This document shows, in pieces, positions 15,390 to 20,000 of a stretch of 20,000 nucleotides of DNA. The position numbers were made by a program, and so were the translations under genes. Every line of letters begins with the position of its first letter. Within the stretch, counting starts at the first letter, position 1. The notes under the pieces are model-generated. The model did not search any database. It was not told the origin of the DNA and was given only the letters and a program-made list of their open reading frames with translations. This DNA is from an uncultured virus (IMG/VR IMGVR_UViG_3300022858_001422) (taxonomy: Duplodnaviria > Heunggongvirae > Uroviricota > Caudoviricetes): the IMG/VR virus record IMGVR_UViG_3300022858_001422. The stretch is one strand, 5' to 3'.

Positions 15390-16472
15390 TTATGGGTTTA
15401 TGTGCATTGGCATAATAATAAACTGCATTTTTCCATCTGTTGTTTCAAACAATACTGGCATATCTTTTTTATTGAATTTAATGTTCCAATATTTATCAGT
15501 ATTTTTCAATCCGTTCAATACATAATTTCCATCCAGGGCAACATGTTCTTCTTCTTCTAAGAATGGAAAATTCATTTTATAATGATACGTGTTTGTTGAT
15601 GAGTTTCTGTTATCCTCATGTTTCCAATCAATTCCGTTTACACGAAAAACAACAACGCTGTTTTCTTTTAGAAAAGCACCTTCAACACCTTCAATAACTT
15701 CTTCAATATCTAACTTCTCAACGTGCTTAAATTTTGTAGGTATAACTGCATCAATAGCAGGATGATTAAAACTTGCGTGTTCCACATCAATATAAGCAAA
15801 ACCATTAGTATAAGCAATTGCCCATTGTGATTTATAAACAAAACCATCCTGTTCTTTCTCTCTATTGAATAAGTTCAGTAAAATATCTTTCTTTGAATTT
15901 ATCAACTTCATAAAAGTCTTGTTGACAAAATACTCTTCATCAAGATGTGTTTCTGTTTTACAAACCAATACACTGAAACCATCAGTTGAGAAAATCCTGT
16001 TTCCACTAAAGAAAACACCATCAAAAGCAGGCTTCTGTTTGCACGAAACCCTGTTACAATACTTCAGCTCTTTGTCAATATCTTTTAGAAGCCAGGTTGG
16101 ATTCAAAATTTCATTGATAACGCATGCATTAAGGAAAGGAACTTCGTCAAAATCAATTAGTTCTTCAATCTTATAGGATTTTTTCTCGTCTTCAATTGTC
16201 AAATTGTTATCATCATCAATCTGAATAGAAAAATCTCCATTGAAATTCTTTGTGTATTTTTCAAAATCTTTCAGCTTCACAGTGAAGCTGTTTTCAATTT
16301 GTTCATCAATAACATGGGCAACAGCAGTTTCAAAATCAGATGTCCAAACCAAAGTTTTGTTATCCATTTTCATAAAGTGGATATTTTGAGCAACTGGCAC
16401 TGAAGTTTCTTTTCCAACTGATCTTTTGCATTCTGTAATAATAGTCTTCATATACTTTGAATTAATAAACAT
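15390..16472 (-). CDS. Divergent DNA polymerase III beta-clamp (DnaN)-like protein
   Basis: 360 aa, the size of DnaN. TSDFE (cf. TDLE), STDGFSVL (cf. ATDGHRL), HPAIDAVIP (cf. YPxYxxVIP), LDGNYVLNGL (cf. FNxxYLxDAL), C-terminal FIIMPM (cf. YxxMPM). GAGGAG SD. Confidence 0.75.
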   Translation of the reverse strand: MFINSKYMKTIITECKRSVGKETSVPVAQNIHFMKMDNKTLVWTSDFETAVAHVIDEQIENSFTVKLKDFEKYTKNFNGDFSIQIDDDNNLTIEDEKKSYKIEELIDFDEVPFLNACVINEILNPTWLLKDIDKELKYCNRVSCKQKPAFDGVFFSGNRIFSTDGFSVLVCKTETHLDEEYFVNKTFMKLINSKKDILLNLFNREKEQDGFVYKSQWAIAYTNGFAYIDVEHASFNHPAIDAVIPTKFKHVEKLDIEEVIEGVEGAFLKENSVVVFRVNGIDWKHEDNRNSSTNTYHYKMNFPFLEEEEHVALDGNYVLNGLKNTDKYWNIKFNKKDMPVLFETTDGKMQFIIMPMHINP

Positions 16473-16474
16473 TT

Positions 16475-16615
16475 TTAATCCTCCTCAATCATTAAACATT
16501 CTTGATCAATTTCTTTTAGAATCTTATCTGAATTCCAGGACACTCTAACATAAACTATTTTATCAATAGAGACCCAAGATTTTTCAACAATGCCTCTGGC
16601 ATTTTCAAATTGCAT
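16475..16615 (-). CDS. Possible 46 aa ORF or gene remnant
   Basis: MQFENARGIVEKSWVSIDKIVYVRVSWNSDKILKEIDQECLMIEED*; fills the gap but has no clear SD. Confidence 0.4.
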   Translation of the reverse strand: MQFENARGIVEKSWVSIDKIVYVRVSWNSDKILKEIDQECLMIEED

Positions 16616-16620
16616 GTGAG

Positions 16621-16911
16621 TTAAAGAATCTTCATTCTCATACAATATTTATAATGAATGCTCAAATACTCTTCAGCTTCTTTTTTAGAAGGTAAAATAA
16701 CACCAATTCTTTTATAGTATCCCGTACTGGTATCATAAGAAAGAATTTCATAATTGAGATATAATTTATAAGAATCTTCATTATAGAAGTTTTTAAAAAT
16801 ATAATAAATCATTGAAAAATCATTTTTCAATGATTCTATAACATCTTTAAATTCTTCCCCATAATTTTCCAGGGCATCTTCTGACATTTTCACTCTATCA
16901 TTTTTTTTCAT
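16621..16911 (-). CDS. Hypothetical protein
   Basis: 96 aa; AGGAG SD. Confidence 0.65.
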   Translation of the reverse strand: MKKNDRVKMSEDALENYGEEFKDVIESLKNDFSMIYYIFKNFYNEDSYKLYLNYEILSYDTSTGYYKRIGVILPSKKEAEEYLSIHYKYCMRMKIL

Positions 16912-16951
16912 TTTATTGCTCCTGTTCTATAATCTTTCATTAGTAAAATCG

Positions 16952-16970
16952 CATAAAATCTATCTTTTAT
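16952..16970. repeat. CATAAAA-N6-TTTTAT palindrome copy
   Basis: C ATAAAA TCTATC TTTTAT, perfect; begins 3 nt downstream of the TATAAT at 16974-16979. Confidence 0.88.
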
Positions 16971-16973
16971 CGT

Positions 16974-17002
16974 ATTATATCATTAAGCAACAATTGCTGC
17001 AA
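16974..17002 (-). promoter_or_regulatory. Sigma70/SigA-type promoter with extended -10
   Basis: Minus strand: TTGCAG (17002-16997), 17 nt, TATAAT (16979-16974), preceded by TG-A. Confidence 0.65.
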
Positions 17003-17042
17003 CTACAACAACAAATAAAACCACAACTAATATCGCTTCCAT
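16983..17042 (-). CDS. 19 aa hydrophobic peptide
   Basis: MEAILVVVLFVVVVAAIVA*; AAGGA SD; the ATG is 1 nt after the upstream stop. Confidence 0.45.
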   Translation of the reverse strand: MEAILVVVLFVVVVAAIVA

Positions 17043-17043
17043 G

Positions 17044-17250
17044 TTATTCCTTTATAGTGTTGAAAAACTTCGTCAATGTCTTTTGTACTTTCTGTTCTCC
17101 TTCAGTGGTATTACACCAGACAGAAACATCAAAAATATTATCACAAAAGTGATACCTGACTTTACACTGGTAACGATCCTCTAATAATTTTTTAATTTTT
17201 TCATTATTAGGATTATTCTCATCTGTGTAAAAAGTAATAGAAAAAATCAC
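17044..17250 (-). CDS. Hypothetical protein
   Basis: The ORF track gives 17044..17319; probable GTG start at 17250 overlapping the upstream TGA (or ATG at 17256). Confidence 0.6.
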   Translation of the reverse strand: MIFSITFYTDENNPNNEKIKKLLEDRYQCKVRYHFCDNIFDVSVWCNTTEGEQKVQKTLTKFFNTIKE

Positions 17251-17468
17251 AACCATAACATCACATCTTGAAAATCTTCTGTTAAAACTTCTTCGGCATC
17301 CTGAATATTTGGAACGCACTCATAAGTAGCTTCAAAACCATCTTTATCAAAATACGATCCATCGGAGGGATAATACTTATTTTTATACAACCACTGTTTA
17401 GCCTCTTTGATATTTTCAGCCCATCCCAAAATTTCTAAACTCTCACGACCTGTTTTAATAATAACCAT
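17247..17468 (-). CDS. Hypothetical protein
   Basis: 73 aa; GGAGGAG SD; TAATG overlap. Confidence 0.7.
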   Translation of the reverse strand: MVIIKTGRESLEILGWAENIKEAKQWLYKNKYYPSDGSYFDKDGFEATYECVPNIQDAEEVLTEDFQDVMLWL

Positions 17469-17623
17469 TACTTCAATTCTCCTCCGTCATTCCAATGACT
17501 CAAACAATAACTAATCCATGAATAAATTACTGCAAATGTAAACGCTGCCGCTAAACAGGCAAAGAATACAAATACGAAAATCCCTGCCACTAACAGCGAT
17601 ACAATAACACCTTGTAAACCCAT
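17468..17623 (-). CDS. 51 aa membrane peptide
   Basis: Not in the ORF track. MGLQGVIVSLLVAGIFVFVFFACLAAAFTFAVIYSWISYCLSHWNDGGELK*; AAAGGA SD; TAATG overlap with the next gene. Confidence 0.65.
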   Translation of the reverse strand: MGLQGVIVSLLVAGIFVFVFFACLAAAFTFAVIYSWISYCLSHWNDGGELK

Positions 17624-17635
17624 CAAATTTCCTTT

Positions 17636-17878
17636 CTAAGAGCTTTTAGATAGTTCTCTTAGTAACTCTACACATTGACGGTTTTTTTCTTCATCACCGC
17701 CAAATTTGTGTTCAATAATATCTGCAAAATCCAACCAGGAAATTGTTTCATTATCACCAATAATAAATGAAAAAGAATCAATTCCAAAATTAATTAACTC
17801 TGTTTCACTATCTGTTAATGCCCTGCACGTGTAAGCCAAGGCAATTTTTCCACCTTTATATTTCTTGATCGTGTTCAT
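17636..17878 (-). CDS. Hypothetical protein
   Basis: 80 aa; AAGGA SD; TAATG overlap. Confidence 0.65.
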   Translation of the reverse strand: MNTIKKYKGGKIALAYTCRALTDSETELINFGIDSFSFIIGDNETISWLDFADIIEHKFGGDEEKNRQCVELLRELSKSS

Positions 17879-18351
17879 TATTTGATCCTTTCAATTCTTT
17901 CGTTCAAAAGTTCTTTAAAAATTCTGTTCTTTTGTACTTCTTGTTCACTAAGGCAATCATTTTCATTTTTATAAATATATTCATCTTGATGCAGATAAAG
18001 ATATTCTACGAAAGATGCCAAAAAATCTTTCTCGCATTTTGAACCATGTTTAAAACTATCTAAGTGAGCTATAACCAAAAACGAACACTCAACAAACTTA
18101 GAATTGGTAAATTTATAATTTTTTGGTGATAATGAACCAATAAAATAATTGATTGCAACATTATATTCTTGAATTTTTTTATTCTTTTGATCTAACCCTA
18201 ATTGAGCCATCCAAGAAATATCTTGAATCATTTTTGCAATATTTTCGTTGTCTTCAGAAACAAATTTTGTAAACAGTTTCCAGAATTTATATTTTTGTTC
18301 TGGCATACTAAAAAAATCTTTAATACTATTAAATAAATCTAATTCATTCAT
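17878..18351 (-). CDS. Hypothetical protein
   Basis: The ORF track gives 17878..18363; GGAGGA SD favours the ATG at 18351. Confidence 0.65.
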   Translation of the reverse strand: MNELDLFNSIKDFFSMPEQKYKFWKLFTKFVSEDNENIAKMIQDISWMAQLGLDQKNKKIQEYNVAINYFIGSLSPKNYKFTNSKFVECSFLVIAHLDSFKHGSKCEKDFLASFVEYLYLHQDEYIYKNENDCLSEQEVQKNRIFKELLNERIERIK

Positions 18352-18368
18352 AATTTCCTCCAATACTA

Positions 18369-18387
18369 ATAGAATATCTCTTTTATG
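18369..18387. repeat. Palindrome copy
   Basis: ATAGAA TATCTC TTTTAT G (1 mismatch); contains the MTase stop codon at 18383-18385. Confidence 0.7.
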
Positions 18388-19108
18388 CTACTTGATAATC
18401 CATATACAAATCAACAATCTCAACAGGTGAAGATGTATGTAAAAATCCTTTTTCAAAACTTTCTACAATGTAGGCTGAAACATATCGTTGTTCACACTTT
18501 TCTTTGATAAGACTTTCTGTTTGTTCATTCTTAAAATAATCCACTGTACGATCATTCTCGCCACGAACACGACTAACACCAGTTCCTTTTGGTAGAATAA
18601 AAGTCCCTCCAAAATCTTTTGTGTTTTCAATAGCAATTCTAATTGCTGCTACATGAGATTTTTCATCATAGCCCTCAAATTTTGCACCAAACGGAGGATT
18701 AGAAATAACCATGTCAAACTCAAGACTTTCAATTAGTTCCTTTGTTACGTCCGCACAAATCCAGGTAGCCTGTGGCACAATTAATTTGCCAATTTCTACA
18801 AACAACGGATTGTTTTCAACACAAATATATTTATTGCTAGGATTTCTATAGCTATGAACAAACGAAAGAACACCAATTCCAGCACATAAATCTAAAATTA
18901 TGCTGTTATCCACATTCGACCAGGGCATGATATGAAAAGCAATCTCTACTGGTGTAAAAAATGCGTTACCTTTCTTTGCTTCTTTTGGTGAAAGTAAGAA
19001 TGGATCAATGTTATCAATGTTATCCAAAATATAGTTTGTGTTAAAACTTCCTGAACGAATTATATCTATCGTTTCATCGTGCAATTTCACTTGTTGTTTT
19101 GCTGGCAT
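18383..19108 (-). CDS. Orphan gamma-class N6-adenine DNA methyltransferase
   Basis: 241 aa; motif X GNAFFTP, motif I ILDLCAGIG, CVE, motif IV FDMVISNPPFG, FILP. Confidence 0.88.
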   Translation of the reverse strand: MPAKQQVKLHDETIDIIRSGSFNTNYILDNIDNIDPFLLSPKEAKKGNAFFTPVEIAFHIMPWSNVDNSIILDLCAGIGVLSFVHSYRNPSNKYICVENNPLFVEIGKLIVPQATWICADVTKELIESLEFDMVISNPPFGAKFEGYDEKSHVAAIRIAIENTKDFGGTFILPKGTGVSRVRGENDRTVDYFKNEQTESLIKEKCEQRYVSAYIVESFEKGFLHTSSPVEIVDLYMDYQVA

Positions 19109-19120
19109 AATTTTTATCCT

Positions 19121-19378
19121 TTATTTTACTCTATTCTCACTTGTATGAATCCAGTTATAATCTTTGCCGGTTGTTTTGTGCATATAGGCCATACAACGCA
19201 ACCACGACCAATCAAAACCCTCTGGTATCAATTCTGCCACTATAGGGCAACGATTTCTAACTATAAAGTATACCATATCGGATCTAATTTCATCGGATAA
19301 TGTTGGAATTTTCTTGATATCTAAAAATTTTCCTGTACAAATAGACTTCATATGTTTATTAAATTCTCTTTTTTTCAT
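19121..19378 (-). CDS. Hypothetical protein
   Basis: 85 aa; GAGGA SD. Confidence 0.65.
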   Translation of the reverse strand: MKKREFNKHMKSICTGKFLDIKKIPTLSDEIRSDMVYFIVRNRCPIVAELIPEGFDWSWLRCMAYMHKTTGKDYNWIHTSENRVK

Positions 19379-19389
19379 TTTTCAATCCT

Positions 19390-19408
19390 CATAAAATGAT
19401 AATTTCAT
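19390..19408. repeat. CATAAAA-N6-TTTTAT palindrome copy
   Basis: C ATAAAA TGATAA TTTCAT (1 mismatch), intergenic. Confidence 0.72.
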
Positions 19409-19424
19409 TTTAATTCTCCCCATA

Positions 19425-19667
19425 TTATCGCCAATAAATAATTTTTATATTGTTATAACCACGCTTACTTAACCATTCTTTAGTAAACTTTTCTACTTGT
19501 TTTCTTCTTGTTTCTGAAATATCATACAGATTGTTTGGACTATAAAACATAATAAAATCAGAATCTTCTTCTACCAGGTCTAATATCCATTGTTCTGTAT
19601 TGAATGTTTGATATTTTTCAACTAACGCCATAGATAAGGATGATGTTAAATCTCTGTCAAAAGTCAT
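19425..19667 (-). CDS. Hypothetical protein
   Basis: The ORF track gives 19425..19730; AAGGA SD favours the ATG at 19667 (MTFDRD). Confidence 0.6.
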   Translation of the reverse strand: MTFDRDLTSSLSMALVEKYQTFNTEQWILDLVEEDSDFIMFYSPNNLYDISETRRKQVEKFTKEWLSKRGYNNIKIIYWR

Positions 19668-19680
19668 TTTATTTTTCCTT

Positions 19681-19872
19681 TCATTTTTTATATTCGCGAC
19701 CAAAATAATGGTTCGCAAAACTCCATTCAAGTGTTTTTGTCATACATTTAATACCAAGTTCAACATATACTCTATCAAAAGTAATTATACCAATAATCCC
19801 ATCTAGCAAGAAACCCCAACATACTAGCCATCTAAGAAGATTATAAATTATAACAAGATTAATTTTTTTCAT
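19681..19872 (-). CDS. Small membrane protein
   Basis: Probable start MKKINLV at 19872 with a GAGGAG SD; one hydrophobic segment. Confidence 0.6.
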   Translation of the reverse strand: MKKINLVIIYNLLRWLVCWGFLLDGIIGIITFDRVYVELGIKCMTKTLEWSFANHYFGREYKK

Positions 19873-19873
19873 T

Positions 19874-20000
19874 TTATTTCTCCTCTGCCAACATTTTCGT
19901 TTTATATGACTCAACTTCTTCCATTGTTAACCACTCTGGCTTTTCGTTGAGTTCGCCATAAATTCTTTTCATTTCATTGATATGTTCCTCAATGTTATAG
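19874..20000 (-). CDS. LPD11-like domain protein, C-terminal part (partial)
   Basis: Translated by hand: ...YNIEEHINEMKRIYGELNEKPEWLTMEEVESYKTKMLAEEK*. The IxEMK...EKPEWLT...Y..KM pattern resembles large polyvalent protein-associated domain 11. Confidence 0.65.
   Translation of the reverse strand, partial: YNIEEHINEMKRIYGELNEKPEWLTMEEVESYKTKMLAEEK

Noticed and set aside
15366..15395. ATAAAA half-site and weak AACATA/TATGTT inverted repeat after the clamp gene
   Set aside because: No matching right arm at 6-bp spacing, and the stem is too weak to call a terminator.
2177..19300. All plus-strand ORFs in the track (e.g. 2177, 5225, 7808, 7821, 8504, 9051, 9532, 11311, 11794, 12003, 12122, 15865, 16916, 18248, 19079)
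   Set aside because: They are antisense shadows of well-supported minus-strand genes, with Ser/Phe/Ile-rich composition and no recognisable motifs.
7610..19408. Motif copies as a CRISPR array, integron attC sites or canonical dif sites
   Set aside because: Spacing is irregular and gene-sized and no cas genes are present. There are no RYYYAAC/GTTRRRY attC ends or long hairpins. In dif, CATAA and TTATG are 6 bp apart; here they are 10 bp apart.
1..20000. Alternative genetic code (stop-codon reassignment as in some large phages)
   Set aside because: Long conserved genes are intact in code 11, and TAG (11081, 14718, 17636) and TGA (410, 13668, 15198) fall at plausible gene ends.
1..20000. tRNA, rRNA, transposase or integrase genes
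   Set aside because: None recognised. After adding the small ORFs, the remaining gaps are short and AT-rich with no cloverleaf or T-loop signature.

Overview
AT-rich window (roughly 30% GC by eye) in which every credible gene lies on the minus strand. Genes are densely packed with ATGA/TAATG overlaps and strong Shine-Dalgarno sites, and standard code 11 fits. The content fits a large (jumbo-type) bacteriophage or phage-like element, although no virion or terminase gene is in the window. Left part (1-7330): a sugar and modification cluster with an HD protein, an atypical beta-class DNA methyltransferase, RmlB, RmlA, an FmdB zinc ribbon, an RfbH/E1-type [2Fe-2S] PMP 3-dehydratase, an RmlD-like reductase, a GT2, and DUF5672- and DUF3431-like putative glycosyltransferases. 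This suggests synthesis and transfer of a 3,6-dideoxyhexose. Right part (7343-20000): many small hypothetical genes, a 678 aa/127 aa gene pair, a Pol-beta-type nucleotidyltransferase, a divergent DnaN-like clamp, a gamma-class adenine MTase, a partial LPD11-like gene and several sigma70-type promoters. The main unexplained signal is an oriented palindrome, CATAAAA-N6-TTTTAT, found about 12 times. It sits almost only at gene junctions, overlapping stop codons or flanking promoters, and divides the accessory region into modules. All family assignments come from motif recognition by eye, not from database searches.
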